Program-made: the position numbers and the translations under genes
In this document: positions 26,245 to 42,080 of the stretch, in pieces
How the letters are laid out: each line of letters opens with the position of its first letter
How positions within the stretch are numbered: position 1 is the stretch's first letter
Source of the DNA: Octopus vulgaris
Lineage: Eukaryota
Length of the DNA: 64,000 bases
Direction of reading: 5' to 3'
Assembly (NCBI GenBank): GCA_951406725.2
Contig: OX597819.1
Coordinates: 64,108,001 to 64,172,000 of the forward strand
Notes under the pieces: generated by a model
Database searches by the model: none
The model's input: the letters and a program-made list of their open reading frames with translations, nothing else
Told to the model about the DNA's origin: nothing

Positions 26245-27012
26245 GCTTTTTTTTTTTATCTCATTACGAAATAATGGCTATAACCGTGCAATGACTAAGA
26301 AAAATAGTCTAATAAAAGGCCATGCCAGCCCTCAATCGGCGCCGTTTAAAATTCCATTCGTGCCGAGAAATATATGTGTGTGTGTGCGTGTGTGTGTGTG
26401 TGTTTGTATGTGTGTGTGTGTAGTGATATATACACAAATCAGGCCTTGGTATGTGGTAAGCAGTATGTTTCTCGACCGCATGTAATGCAAACAAGAGCTA
26501 TTGCTTCTGTTTCATGTGTAACAATGGAAAAATTAACACCGATACCAACAGCGCTGCTACAAATACCACGGTAGCTACTGCTGATGCTGCTTCTACGACT
26601 ACTAATACTACTACAACTACCACTACTCCTACCATCAACACCACATCTACTACTACTAGTACTACTACTCCTACTACTACTGCTGCTGCTGCTACTAGTA
26701 CTTCTACTACCAGAAAATTTTGGTTGATGTCCTAGAGGATCACAGAAAGGTGGCGTTGACAATATCGGAGGAAAGAACCAAAGATTGGAGACGAAAGTCA
26801 CATATTGCCGTTTTACTCATAAACTGTCTTTATGATATATAAGTCTGGCTCATTCAAAATATTCAGATTATAAATACAAATGTCTCCAAATTTCTCATTG
26901 CAAAAATGATTAATTATACAACATAAATGTCAATGATATAATTTTATAGAGACAGAGATACAGATTGGTAATTCCATTCTTAGCACTCTTGTATATATGA
27001 GTATTCACACTC

Positions 27013-27115
<103 letters not shown>

Positions 27116-27280
27116 TACGTATATATATATACGTATAAGTTCAGTATATATGTGCATGATCCTGTTAATATTAACGTAATTTTCATTACATAACGAACGA
27201 AACTATGAAACAGTTGTAAACAATTATAATAAATATCTATTCATAGCATCGGTCCCCTTATCTGTTTTCTATGTATATAT

Positions 27281-27362
<82 letters not shown>

Positions 27363-27397
27363 CAAATACAAATATATATACATACATATATATATTT

Positions 27398-27446
<49 letters not shown>

Positions 27447-27545
27447 TATATAAAGCTGCGTGTGCGAACGTCTACGTATATATACATTTATGCAAATACA
27501 TATATATATATACAGATATATATCTATACATAAATGGGTGTGCAT

Positions 27546-27633
<88 letters not shown>

Positions 27634-27654
27634 GCATATATATATGTGTGTATG

Positions 27655-29215
27655 TGTAATTGTTGAACAGGACGTCAAACATTAATGCAAGGTTAACATC
27701 TCGTCATATACAATATTATCACAGGAAGAAATTCAAAATCTTACAACTGTTTCTGGGATATCCTCGAGTATGGGATATACTGTCATCAGAGACGAATTAA
27801 GGAAAATTATGGAAAATGATATTGGTATAGATCAATAAAACGACACCATAGATGAAGGGGGTAAAAGAATAAGGATATGGAAAGACAGAAGATAAAGGAG
27901 GCATAACAGTTCATAGTTCAACTTACCGAAGTTATAGAATCCAAAGTATATCCATGAGTGTAAGTGCTTGGGTGCGTGGATCCATGAGTGTAAGTGCTTG
28001 GGTGCAATCGTGCGTATATCCATGTGGGTTAGATGCCTTATATAATAGACATCTTAAGAAAAAAATATGAACATATCAACCTGCAATAGCAGCATTGTAG
28101 TAGATGTGGCTGTCAAAGTAAAGAAATGAAATGATATAGAAAAAGGTGTGGATAAAGTGAGTAGGGGGTGATTGTAAGGATTGGCTATATGATAAAGTAT
28201 GTGTAAGGTCTGTAGGAAATGTGTATGGGGTAGCCAAACAGATAAGAGAGAGGATGGAGAGATACAGGAAGATAGGGTTAAAAAATAGCGTAAAAGAGTA
28301 GAGCGAAATGAAAGTAATTTAAAGAGAGTTGTTTCAAAGTATAAATAGTTTCTAATCTAAGTCTATAGTTTGAAACTCTAAGATTGTTGGAGAGGAAATT
28401 TGATAGCAATTGCTTGTGTCCATCCTTGCTAAGGTCAGTGGCTGTTATTTTTAGCGATGGGGCTGTTTGTGCGTAGGTAGTTGAGAAAGGAAGAGCCAAT
28501 TGAATATTAAATTATTTATGAGTGGTAGTTAGGGGCTTATATTAAGGAATTTTCAAGTTAAGGTCTAAAATACATTAAGGGTAATTTAAAGAATTAATAT
28601 TTATTTCATAGTTTGAGGAGGTAGGGTAGAGAGATATGAGGTAAGGCGTTTATGATCGTAGGGGCATGTATGTGGGTGCTATTAGTGGGATGAAAGAATT
28701 TTAAATTGCGGAAGAATTTGTTCTTACACGTAATGAAGGCCTCGTTGTATTTATTAAGCAGTTTTGGGTTAGAATTTTGAGAGCTTCTTTTAAGCAAATG
28801 ACACAACTACAGTGTTAGCTCTGATATGGGGTACCCGAGACTATAATAGCCCAGGAAAGTTTATAATGTATTTTCTATTAATTATATTGTGTATATGGCT
28901 GGCTGGTAATGTGGAATTACTATTCTCCATATATTTGGCTTCTATAACTTCGAAAAGTTGAACTAGGAACTTTCATGCCTCTTTTTTTCTTCTCTCTTTC
29001 CATCGCCTTATTCTTTTACCTCCTCATTTTATTGATATATACCATCTCTTTTTCCATATTTTCCCCCAAGTTGTCTCTGATGAAGGAATATCCTATACTC
29101 GAGGGCATCCCTAAAACACCTATAAGATTTTGAATTTCTTCCCGTAATAATATTGTATATGACTTGAGATGTGTGCCTTGCGTAAATGTTTGATGTCCAG
29201 TTTAACAATTATGTA
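27655..29215 (-). mobile_element. Decayed Penelope-like element (second family) with inverted pLTRs
   Basis: Inverted repeats 27655-27875 and 29005-29215 each carry an HHR motif. Minus-strand KLSWAIIVSGTPYQS*HCSCVICLKEALKIL..LLNKYNEAFITC (28863-28715) resembles a PLE GIY-YIG C-terminus. Confidence 0.75.
27739..27792 (-). ncRNA. Type I hammerhead motif
   Basis: tct-CTGATGA-cagtatatcc..ggatatccca-GAAAC-agtt-GTA-aga. A decayed partner lies at 29074-29127 (+). Confidence 0.7.
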
Positions 29216-29357
29216 TCCGCTGCATCGGAAATCTGCAATGGCTCCATAACTACCGTCTCGACTATAATCTTTGAGCAATCAGTTACAGCACTTAGCTAGC
29301 GTACCTAATCGTTTAAATCACATATGAACTAAAGCCTCATACTTTCTGTGTATATAA

Positions 29358-29412
<55 letters not shown>

Positions 29413-31111
29413 AATAGATATGCGTGTGTGTGTTGGCAAAGTCATAATTCATTTAGAACTTCTACCTTTAGTTTTCAAATCGTAAGGCTATTTCAGCTAA
29501 ATTAGTTCTCAATAGCCTAAGCTGTAAATTCTGTGGAAAACCACTATCATGAGTTTTGATAACATACGATTTGATCAACAACAAAAATATAAAACCTATC
29601 AAAATTGATGTTCTTTATTCCATACTCACGCATGTTGCCTATAGTAAAATTGTTAATATTTATTTGATTGAATTTGATCACTAAGAATTAAATATCTTAT
29701 GAACTTTATTCCATATGCAAATTGAACTTATTAAAAGACATTTTCCCTCAAATCAAGCAAAGAACTTCATAAAAATACAATTAATTGTTTATTAATCTAA
29801 TCAAATTTTAGACGCTTGTATGTGATCGCTCTTCAACTAATGGCAAAGAAATCAACTTAAAACGCGTGTATGTATATGAGAATAGACGTTGGAAGGACAC
29901 AATGCTTAATATAATAAAATTATTGTATATTTTTAAAGGGAAATATCGGTAGACTGGTAAAGTACATGTTGCCAGACTTGGTTATAATTGGTTATCTGAC
30001 AAATTTACTTAACATTAAAAGCAATATTATATGTTTATGTACGCAGATATTTCAAAATAAATACACAATCCACATTACAGCATTTTATCTGTGCCGACAC
30101 CATTTATTTGTATCATTCCCAAACGGTTTTAATCATTGAAATCTGAGCAAAGATTATCTACTAAATAACAGATGAAATATCTAAATACGCAAAATGACAC
30201 TATTTTATATCTAGAAATAACTCTTACAAAATTATTTTGAGATATCGGCACGCACGCACACACACGAAAAAAGAAATCACACACACAAACGAACACACGC
30301 ATGTAAATATGAATAAACATACATTTATATTTGTAAATATGTGTGTGCGTGAGTATTTTGGCTTTTGTATGTATCATATTTAAGCAAATAGAGAACAGGT
30401 TTTTCGTGACATGCGTTTCGTTCATCGCAACTCATCTCTTTAGTGTTCCATTGGGAATAATTTTATATTATGTGATCAATATATAAAGGGCTTAGAGTGT
30501 TTCGAAATTCTTATATTCTTCAATGTATCAAAAACATTACAGCGAATTCTTTAACATATATTCACGTTTATCAGAGGCTGCAGTTCGCTTGATGTGAAGG
30601 AGGTGGAAAGTATTATAGTGTTTACACGTATTTGTCTACTGTGACAATACTTCTTCATGGCAAAATAGTATGTCTAGCTTTCCAACAGCTTCAAATATAA
30701 CTCATTTATTTGAATTTGTAAAATGCACAATTTGTACCAAAAACTACTGAGCGCTACAAGTCAGAATTTTACTAAAACCAAGACGCAGTAACTTGTCTGG
30801 AATATACGAAGATATATTTAGTGTTTCGTTGTCTCCTTTTCTGCTGCCAATGAGGAGACGACTACTCCGAAATGCATGCACTCATTAATCTGTGCGCAGA
30901 GCACTTGGAACTCACTCTTTGTCCATTAACATATCTGGGTACAGTGAGATAGTTCCTCGCTAAAAATTTCAGTATTACAGTGATTGGGTTTCTAATATGG
31001 CTGAAGCATATGAGAATTAGGGAAACATGTATGTATGTATGTATGTATGTATGTATGTATGTATGTATGTATGTATGTATGTATGTATGTATGTATGTAT
31101 GAATGTATGTC

Positions 31112-31150
<39 letters not shown>

Positions 31151-31159
31151 AAGTATATA

Positions 31160-31430
31160 ATAATAATAATATTAGGGAGTAAATCCAAACTAACAGGGGA
31201 AAATTAGATTTAGGATTAAATCAAATTTCATATTTTAAATTTAAAATAAAAAAAAATTAAAAAATATAAAAATTTATAAATATAAATTCAAAATTTTAAA
31301 TTTAAATAATTTAAATTTCAATTTTATATTTTATACATTTTGTATATTGTATTAATTATATTTATTTTTATGTTTTGGTTTATGTTTTTCATTGTTTGAT
31401 TTGCCTAATACTGGTTTTATCTCTAATTTA
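31160..31430. repeat. Decayed relative of the 54120-54475 foldback element
   Basis: Shares attaggga.taaatccaaa..acaggg..agatttaggattaaatc and the terminal tggtttt.tctctaat. Confidence 0.6.
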
Positions 31431-31451
31431 ATTTATATATGTATATATACA

Positions 31452-31531
<80 letters not shown>

Positions 31532-31604
31532 GATAAGTATATAGAGAGATAGGTACATATATATATGATATATTTAATGAGTGTATATACTCGTTCTGAT
31601 CAAT

Positions 31605-32432
31605 ATGTATCCGGGATGCTGCCATAGTAACGAAACTAAAACACGCAAAGTGAGGCCGCTTGGCACAGATTGACCGGGATCTCTTATGTGTATGTTGTAG
31701 ATCACTTTTTCTGTTTACAGGATTGCTTGGGAGGAGGGTGCATAGCGTGTGATCGAATTCACCATAACAGATGAAGTTTAGCTAAGAATCTGCATCAAAA
31801 TTTGCCAAAAGTTTGGCGACATCTGCTCAGAGGCCTACGCAAAGTTTTCAAATCAAAAAGTTTTCATCGTACTCGATTTAATCATGGAGATCTTGTTCAA
31901 CTGAAACCCGAGGGTCTTTGTGGTCATATGAAAGCACTTTGGGCACAAATTTGGCAGACACGTGTCTCGTACCCAAAATCTTCAGTGATAATGGACTGAA
32001 ATGAACTGTAACTCATCTGCACATCTTCGGATAACTCACGGATGGTGATTCGACGATTTTCCCTCACAGGTGTACGTACATCTGCGATGTAATTCTCAGT
32101 TCTTCTGGATGCGACTCTTCCAGAACGTGAGCCAATAGCGACGTATTTTCGGTCAATTTAAAAACGTGTATACAACTCGTACACATGTGAACGACTCATA
32201 CACGCTTCTCCCTACACATTGTGCAACTTTGCGTGGGCCTCTGTGATGGTCAATGCAACGATCACCCGCTACACCCCTTCCTTCCAAGCACTGCTGGAAA
32301 CAGAAAAAGTGAGCTAGAACGTTAAAATTTAATGTGCATTAACTGCAAAATTGGTGGTCAATCTGTGCCAAACAGATTCACTCTGCATGCTTTAGTTTCG
32401 TTAATATGTCACAGCCTGATACCTATCGGACC
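31605..32432 (-). mobile_element. Mariner remnant with long (~150-bp) inverted termini
   Basis: 31605-31755 is the reverse complement of 32258-32430. The minus strand encodes SRSGR..VRENRRITIRELSEDVQMSYSSFQSIITED (mariner HTH region). Confidence 0.75.
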
Positions 32433-33145
32433 ACATATATGTATGTATATATAGATTTATTTCTAAGGAATTCTATATACAAATGTAAACTTTCTTGCGT
32501 TACCGATGTCTAATTCCACATTGGCGCATACTCTTCCCAGTTATCTAAGAGAATTTCCAATCATTATTCTTCATTTGGGGATAACAGTAAACGTTATAGC
32601 ACAGGGCTAAGTAAATTGGTTTGGTATCTTAAAGGCAACAATAAATATATATATATATATACATGTATATGTGTGTGTGTTTGTGTGTGTGTGTGTGAAG
32701 ATAGACAGATAGATAGAGAGTGCGGTGAGAGTGAGTAGGAATGGAGTTGAGGTGAGAGAAACTGAGCACCAAAATGCTGCACATATATAAACCTATAATA
32801 GACTAAGCAACTAATATATATTTGTGGGTTAGTGTAAGATGTGTTAGATAACCAGTTTGTTTTTTTAACTGTTTCTTTACAGAGATGTTTGTTTCATCTT
32901 TTTGTTTATACAAAAAATATATATACTATCGCCTTCAATAACAGTAACAAGAGTGAAAGGGTGGACATAGAAAGAAATAAAGAAAAAGGTGGTGGAGGGA
33001 GATGGGACATGTAGACTAAGGTAGAATATCAACAGAGTGAGAGTTTGTTATGTGAAAGATATATAACCGAAACGAATAGCTTTCTTAGTGTCGTAGGATT
33101 TATATTATTAATATTAACCTACGACCGGTCGCGCATATATATATA

Positions 33146-33235
<90 letters not shown>

Positions 33236-33254
33236 TGTATGTATGTGTGTATGT

Positions 33255-33326
<72 letters not shown>

Positions 33327-33823
33327 CGCGCACACATATTTATATATATATATTTATTTCTTCTCGAAAGCATTATCCAGATCTTTCATTACAATATATT
33401 TCACATTAGTGTATACTTTTATATACTGGTTGATATATCGTTTACTTATATCCCTGTCTCATCTTTTCCTCTCACCTATCAATTAAAGCTAGACAGCGGG
33501 TAAGATTTATCGACAGAAAGGCACATACAAACTGAAAAAATAGACACGTATATACCCACAGATGCAAACTTATCTTCTCACAGACACACGCACAAATACA
33601 CTAAAACGTAGGCATACGGAAGTATTAAATTCCTGTGTAGCTATTGCTATATTTCCGACTTCGCTAACACAAACGTATTTGAACTTGCATAACATATACA
33701 CATACAAACGCACATATACATATATACACACACGCATATATATACACGAGTGCATACATATGTATCTGTATGATCATATGTTTAAATATATACGAATACA
33801 GACACTTTTATAGGCACAGAACG

Positions 33824-33860
<37 letters not shown>

Positions 33861-34060
33861 TTATATGCATATATACCTATATATACAATTATTTATGTAG
33901 CTATATACTTATAAATTCGTATATATCTATATACATTCACACATCTACATCCACAAATGTGTGCCTCAATCTCAGTACATATATGAGTGTTTGCGTGTGT
34001 GTAAGGATGCATAGAATTTATATATATTCACCTGTCCCTCTACTTAATTTTATGTATATA

Positions 34061-34138
<78 letters not shown>

Positions 34139-34143
34139 TATAC

Positions 34144-34174
<31 letters not shown>

Positions 34175-36449
34175 CACAGATATATCTATATGCATATATA
34201 TATATATACATATACACACATATATTTGTATATGTATATATATACGTATAAATATATATATATATATGTGTGTGTGTACGTACACTCACACAGACACAAA
34301 TATGTATTTATATATATATATGCAAATACATACATGCACATCGCATACATAAGTGAACTCCAACAATAAAGTTTCTTTAAACTGATATAATTGTCTGACA
34401 TTTATAATACATAATAAATCATTATCAAATTTCGAAATGTTGGAGACAAAACTGTTTATTTCACAAACGTCTTTTAATGATCCAGACTAATACATCATAA
34501 AGACAGTTTATGAGCGATACTGCAATATGTAAGGCATTGACAGAAGCACTCGATCTCCTTTCCCATATGGTCTATATGATCTACTGGTATCATAATACAT
34601 AGGACTTAGTGCACGGAGTTCAAATCGTGTCGATGTAAAAATTTCTTTTCATCTTCCAGCGTCTTTTAGAAGAATCGATTCGTATATATATATATACTTC
34701 ATATTTTTAATAGAAACTGAACGTTGTTTCATAGACAACCAAAGTCGCTCGACTAGTTTGACGGCCCATTTTTGTTAGGTTAGGCCACCATTTTATGAAG
34801 TCGTTTTTTTGACGCTGACTTACTTGACATCACAGGATTCTAGGCTTTTTTACAATTCTTCTCTTCCCTCACCCCTCTCTCTTCCCTCCCTCTCTCATCT
34901 CTACTCTCTCCTTTTGTCATAAATGAACGTATTTATCTCCATAGGTACGGTAAGAGAGTATTTTTTTATGCAAGTCCTGTTTAATTAATGGATTGTAATG
35001 CTTCTCTGCCTTTTTTTTCAATTTCTCTCCCTCTCTCCTTCACTCCCTTCTCTCTATTTTAATATCTACTTACATATCTAACCATCTTGTTTTATTTGTA
35101 TGTGTAATGTCTCTCACTCCCTCCATCTCTCATATACTCTGTTGCATGATATTTTTTCTGTGCGCGCATGTGTACTTGTGTGTATGTTTTAGATTCCGGC
35201 GTCTTAGAGTGCTGTACTTTAAACCGGCTGAATGACCAGTCAACCGTTCTAAATAATCTACGTTCATACAGCTGCGCCCGATCGTACCACTTCTTCTATA
35301 CGACTACATTATATTATGTGCGTTGTAGAGATATATATTATGAGACATCAATATAATAAAGCAAGCGTGTGTAAAATATACTTCAGCGTCGAAAAAAGTG
35401 GTGACTTCATCACTTAGCGCAACTTAAACAATAAAGTAATACGTAATACAACCTGAAGAAATTCTAATAATATAATTGCCTATTAAAATAATTCGTAGGT
35501 TCCATGAGGTAGATTAAAAGAGATTGATCCTGCTACGCATGGTAACTTTTTATGTTTTAGTCAGGTTCCATTTTCGAATCAGGATAACCAATCGCAGCTC
35601 CCGATATTACATATTACATAAATATTCAATTTTATTTTCCATTGGGTTATTACTGATAATATACCACTGTCATGGTATAACTTCATCTTAGCATTTACGT
35701 TCAATTTCACACTAGATTTATTTATATCAATATCCTTTAGATACGAAATGTATTTTGAGAATGCGGAAGAATTGCAGTTTTTTCCATATATGAATGTATA
35801 AGTAGCACGTATCCAATGTTGAATGAGTTTTAAGGTACAGGAATATATGCTATCAGTGTAATAACTAGAGTGTACATCAGCTTTACATAGAAATTCTTCA
35901 GTAGGCACTTTCTTTTAGAAGGAAATTAGATAGATTTCTGAAAATATTCAATGTTCAATGCAAATATAGGTATAACGAGCTATATATTATACACAGCATG
36001 TATATAACAAGAAGAATTCTATAGACGAAATAACATAATAATCGCAGTAGTAGCTGTGCAGTTTCTGGGCAATTGAGTCTCACAACCAGATTTTTCTGCA
36101 CAATGCGATGAATGTGTGGGAAAAAGCATTTTATTCTCCATTGCATACATAAGATTTCAGATATGGACATGATTTACACGCATTAAAGTTACAAAAACGA
36201 AATACATCCAATATCCGGTATTGTCATCGTAAAAATTGACAATTAAAATACAATAAATAAATAAATAAATAAAATAATAATGAGCAAACTATTTCAATAA
36301 AACTCCCACCTCCCGAAAATACATTCTAACCGAGAAGACAGTTAAGAATATCTATGTAACTTCATATCGTACAGCTATGGAGAATACGTATACATATGTA
36401 TGTGTGTGTGTGTGTGCAGATATGTATGTGAGTATGAGTGTGTGTGTGT

Positions 36450-36770
36450 GCAGATCTCCGTCGATTACGATGACACAGTTCCAGTTGACCCGAGCAACGT
36501 AACAACCACTCGTGATAATAACGTACAAGTGGGTCAGTCCGCCACAGTCCCGTGTACAGTTAACGTAATTCTCAGGGAGACTCAACGTGATACAGAATAT
36601 AACAAGGCTGCCTTTTCTAATTAAAGCTGAAACTCATTTTTTACAGCTGAGTGGACCGTAGTAGTGTGAAATAAAAGTGCCTTGCTCAAATGTACAAAGG
36701 GCCGCCCAGAATTGAACTCAGGATCTTACGACTGCGTACCCAAAACTCTTAACCACTAAGCCATGCACCT
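36450..36770 (-). mobile_element. SINE family C variant
   Basis: Minus-strand TGGCTTAGTGGTTAAGAG..gagttcaattc head. The body matches 19410-19500 and 15060-15190. Confidence 0.75.
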
Positions 36771-36857
36771 TCCCGCACACACACGCACATATATATACAA
36801 AGACACACGCACACACACAATTATATATGTGCGTATACATACATATATATATGTATA

Positions 36858-36905
<48 letters not shown>

Positions 36906-37094
36906 CATGTGTGCATGTGTGTGTCTATGAGCTTTAAACTAATATAATGATTTTCTTTTAACGTGCATCACTCTGTTTCTGTGTTCAATGCCCAATACCG
37001 GTTTGGTATTTGAATAAACCTATTACACAATTGAAAAACTACACGTTTTAGTGAATCAGGTATATTTTCATGCAAAATCTCCCCCTACCTCTGT

Positions 37095-37178
<84 letters not shown>

Positions 37179-37180
37179 AC

Positions 37181-37225
<45 letters not shown>

Positions 37226-37228
37226 GAC

Positions 37229-37263
<35 letters not shown>

Positions 37264-39446
37264 GATATGTATATATAGATATAGATATATATTCGTGTAT
37301 ATATTTACACATAAGTGTGTTTGAAATCGTGTATATATGCGTTTATGAGCCAATATTAAATTACGCGTAGAAGAGCTACATAAACAAGCAGTTTCGGGCA
37401 TGAAACCCGACAGAACTTCATGCAGTGAAGAGGTAACATATCAAATCTTGTGCACGTATAAGGAAACGATACTTTCTCTCTGTCTCCTTGTACACACTGA
37501 CAACATCAAAGTTCTCAAAGCACACGTCTTGTTAACGTAATAGAAACTTATCATATAATGAAACTATACCACCAATATCAAATACATGTGAAAAGTAATA
37601 TTAATATGTAATATTAATAAAGAAATATTAATATGTAACTCACTGGACAATAAGATGGCAACGTTATAAATAATTGTTCAAATATTCATCATTATGATAT
37701 TAAAGGAAATAATATCCAGTTATTAAGATTTCCGGTCAGAATCATTGAATATTGGTGAAATGACATTTGCATTGTTAGTATTAACAGATCATTTAAATGC
37801 CACACAATATACTGGAAATCTGTCATGTATTTCATTGTGCGTGAAAATGTTATAGCAATTAATTGAACCGCACAGCACATTCACGGCTTGCGTCTTCTGA
37901 TATGTGTGTATAATTGTGAGTATGTGTACATATATGTGTATATATATATATATATATAATATAATATTATATTATATTATATTGTATTATATTATATTAT
38001 ATTATATTATATTATATTATATTATATTATATTATATTATATATACATGCAAACATATATATTTATATGTGTATATTTGTGAAAGTGTATAATTAAACCT
38101 AGTTTCAATGATCGTTTACACCGTTTATTTCTGATTCCTTGAATCACGGTTCGGTAGCATTGTGCGCTGACTATGTACAAAAGCCTATCAGAAAAAATTA
38201 TATCGATGCCTCATCACATTGGCTTTCAATAGTGTTGAAGATCTGTCAGTTTAGTGTAATATTTGATATTCTTCTGGAGATAGAAATGACTGTGTTTCTA
38301 ATCACTGATCTGATGTGATTGTTATCCTTATAGATACAGACATCTTTCACGTCTCGCTTTTGTGAAGTTAGTAATTGCTTGTCTGGATGTTTGTGTTATT
38401 CAGGAAATGGAGCAGGATTAAATTAGTATAATCATTTATATTTAGACCGAGGAATATTAAAGATGTTAACAAGAATCTTCGAGAAACTGTACGTTGCGTT
38501 GTCATTATGACGTCACATTTCTATCGTTTCGTATAGTACTGAGGTATGGAGGTGTTATCTTCCTTAACATAAGCCATACAAGCGGCTCATAATTCAAGAA
38601 GTTTAACATGCTTAACGTTAGAGCCGACACCAGAATGTTCTCATTTTTGTATTTTTTATATATATAAAAATATTACGGCGTACGTACAATTTGGTCTCTT
38701 ATATGTAAGTATATATATATCTAAATTTTGTACGACCCTACTATTTTCATTCTTTCATTCTTTCCTTCTTCCTTTCAGCCGCTTCACACTGCATTCATTC
38801 TACTCTTCGTTGCTCCGTTCCCCTTCTCACACATTTCCTTCCCTCCTCTTTCATTTCAACCTGTCCCTTTCAATTTTTTTTCGCCCCTCCTTAATTCTTC
38901 TATCCCTCTGCCTCTACCCCTCTCTCTTCTCTCCCCACGTGACCGGTGTTCGACCAAGCCTGGCCTTTCTTTCTTGGTTCGACTACCATCCGTGCAACAT
39001 CTATATTCCTCCCTATGCCTGTCAAATCTTATGTCGCTGCTGTAAGGTTTTACTTCCACACATTCCAGCTTAATTTAATTCGTCCTTAGTCGAAAGACAC
39101 CCGTTGTTAATGTCCTGCTATTTGTATTTGTGTATCATTTCTACGTTTTTTTTTTTCAGTCCTTGTTTTCGTATACATTCGCTCTTTTCTTCAGAGGAAT
39201 CTAGTGATCTTAGCTTAGTTTTTCCTTGGGGCCGGCCAGATTGGAGAAATCTCGAGTATAACCAGCGAAAATTGCAAAGATAATCTGGAATTCGACTGAA
39301 GAAAAAAACTCCGAATGACCCGTCCTTGTATTCTTTGTATCGTCTGTCTGGGTGTTTTGCGTTCTTGTCTCATTTTTGTCTTTTTTATATATAAATATAT
39401 AGCGGCGTACGTACACTTTGGTCTCTAATATATAATTGTATATATT

Positions 39447-39520
<74 letters not shown>

Positions 39521-39776
39521 CGTGCATGTGTGTTGGTGAGTGCTAGCGTGCTTGTGTGTGTGAGTGTTTGTATTTGTGTAATCTAGAAAACTGCGGAGAA
39601 AATTCTTCAGATTTTATTCCAATATCGCTATTGCAGTTATATTCACCTATTTGTGAAGTTCTTGAAATTTTCGAAGTAAGCGACGCAAATTTTCCCATCA
39701 TACCCGTTATCTTCCACGTTTCATATGGTTGCTGATGTGTGTCAAAGTATTTGGTATTGAAATATTTGTATTTATA

Positions 39777-39816
<40 letters not shown>

Positions 39817-39864
39817 TGTATGTATATATATATAAATGTATGTATATATAAATATATATATATG

Positions 39865-39938
<74 letters not shown>

Positions 39939-40101
39939 GCACACACATATCTTTGTGTGTGTGTATGAAATATAATTTAGTTAAATATGTGTGTAAGACT
40001 GATACCACACGGACAGACTCTCACGAACACATATATATGCATGCATATATATATATATAAACATATAACTATATATCTATCCATCTATCTATCAATATAT
40101 C

Positions 40102-40132
<31 letters not shown>

Positions 40133-40135
40133 CTA

Positions 40136-40190
<55 letters not shown>

Positions 40191-40365
40191 AAATGCATAC
40201 ACATATATGCATAAATATTCATGATTACGGATAAATATATGTTTATCAATAAATTGAGAAATAGTAGTGACGAGTACTCTCTACATTATGCATTCGCTTG
40301 ATATTCTAACACGCAATATATAACATAATTGGGAAATATTTCAAATCTGCAAGAGTATGAATATA

Positions 40366-40457
<92 letters not shown>

Positions 40458-41422
40458 TACATATACATACATACGTACACAAGCACACTCACACACACAT
40501 ATGCATACATTCATATAACCGGTAATGTGAATGTATATATATGTATTTCAACATAGATACTTACATACGCTCACACATATGTTTAGTGTATTATTCCTAT
40601 TATTGCTCTTTAAAATTTATGCTCATATGTAGAAAACTGGCATGAATAGCGTCACATTAATGGATATTTCTTAAAGAATAGTTGTATATCTGTGTATATA
40701 CTAAATGCTATATCGAAAATATATTTATTGGAAAATAAACGCTCTCTTTCGGAATATATATGAAAAAAACTTTATTGCTGCCTCACGAATATGGTAGCTA
40801 ATTTTTAGATATTTGGTATAATTTTTTTATAAAATTATAAAGTTTTACCTTTAGGGAATATTTCTTCTCTGCATCACCCTTTACGTTTTGGTTTTGATGG
40901 ATCTCATCAGGGATATATTTTCGGAAAGAATCCATATGATATCTAAATAAATATATTGATGTTATGCATATGAGGATACAGCAATTTGCGTAATTATTCA
41001 TTCAATATTGACTTTAATTAATCCTGAAGGCACATCCGGTATATGAAGACATGAAGGCCAATGAATTTCATTAAGAAATATGATATGCCCCATAATATAT
41101 TAAATATTGGACCCTGACAATACATGAAAGAATTGGGGTTTCGCATTTAGTACGAGAAATCAAACAGGAACATACGGACAACTGATGTGGCGTTGGAACA
41201 GTTTACACTCTTGCTCGAATCTCAGAGAAGGAAATGGCTTGGGGAATTTCCCCACAAATATACATGGGGGGTTTGTATTAGGTCATCGCTGCGATAACCA
41301 CATACTAACAGATAAAACTCTCACACACATATTGTATGTATTTATATAAGAGTGTGTGTACGTGTATGTATGTATGCATGTATGTATATATGTATGTATG
41401 TATATATATATGCATATATATA

Positions 41423-41558
<136 letters not shown>

Positions 41559-41589
41559 CATGTATGTATGTATGTATGTATGTATGTAT

Positions 41590-42080
41590 AAAGAAATAGA
41601 AAATGTAGAAAACCATAGATTAACCAAAACCTCGACTAGACTACATTTATCACTTATTTATTAATAGAAACCATGGCAAACAAATTTTACAGTCGCTTCT
41701 AATCAGGTTCAGAGAATGCAGTCAATACATAAATGTGAAAATAACATTTTTCATCTTTATAGGGCACTAAAATTAAGGTAACAGATCTTCATCAGAGTGA
41801 AAAACAATACAATATAAACAAAAGGAAGGAGGAAAATGAAAGAAAACATAGCTTAGATATATTGTATGGTCTCTTTTTTCACTCTGATAACAATCTGTTG
41901 CCTTAATTCGAATGTCCTATGAATATGAATTTTATTCTCGCATTTATGTATAGACTGCATTCTGGCAATCTGATTAGAAACGGCTGTAAGATTTGTTTTG
42001 CCATGCTTTGTATTAATAAATTAGCTATAAATGTGGTCAAATTGATGTCTTTGTTAATCTATGGATTTCTCCATTTCCTA
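41590..42080. mobile_element. Inverted pair of pLTR-like arms, each with a long-stem-II hammerhead motif
   Basis: 41590-41815 is the reverse complement of 41860-42080. The + arm reads CTGATAA..GAAACggctGTAaga (41884-41991) and the - arm reads CTGATGA..GAAGCgactGTA. Confidence 0.7.

Noticed and set aside
26514-26735. Thr/Ser-rich mucin-like ORF
   Set aside because: A degenerate (CTA)n trinucleotide repeat.
36451-36600. Ig-domain-like peptide NVQVGQSATVPCTV after a cag acceptor
   Set aside because: The DNA is homologous to the SINE-C-related repeat at 19410-19500, so the peptide resemblance is probably chance.
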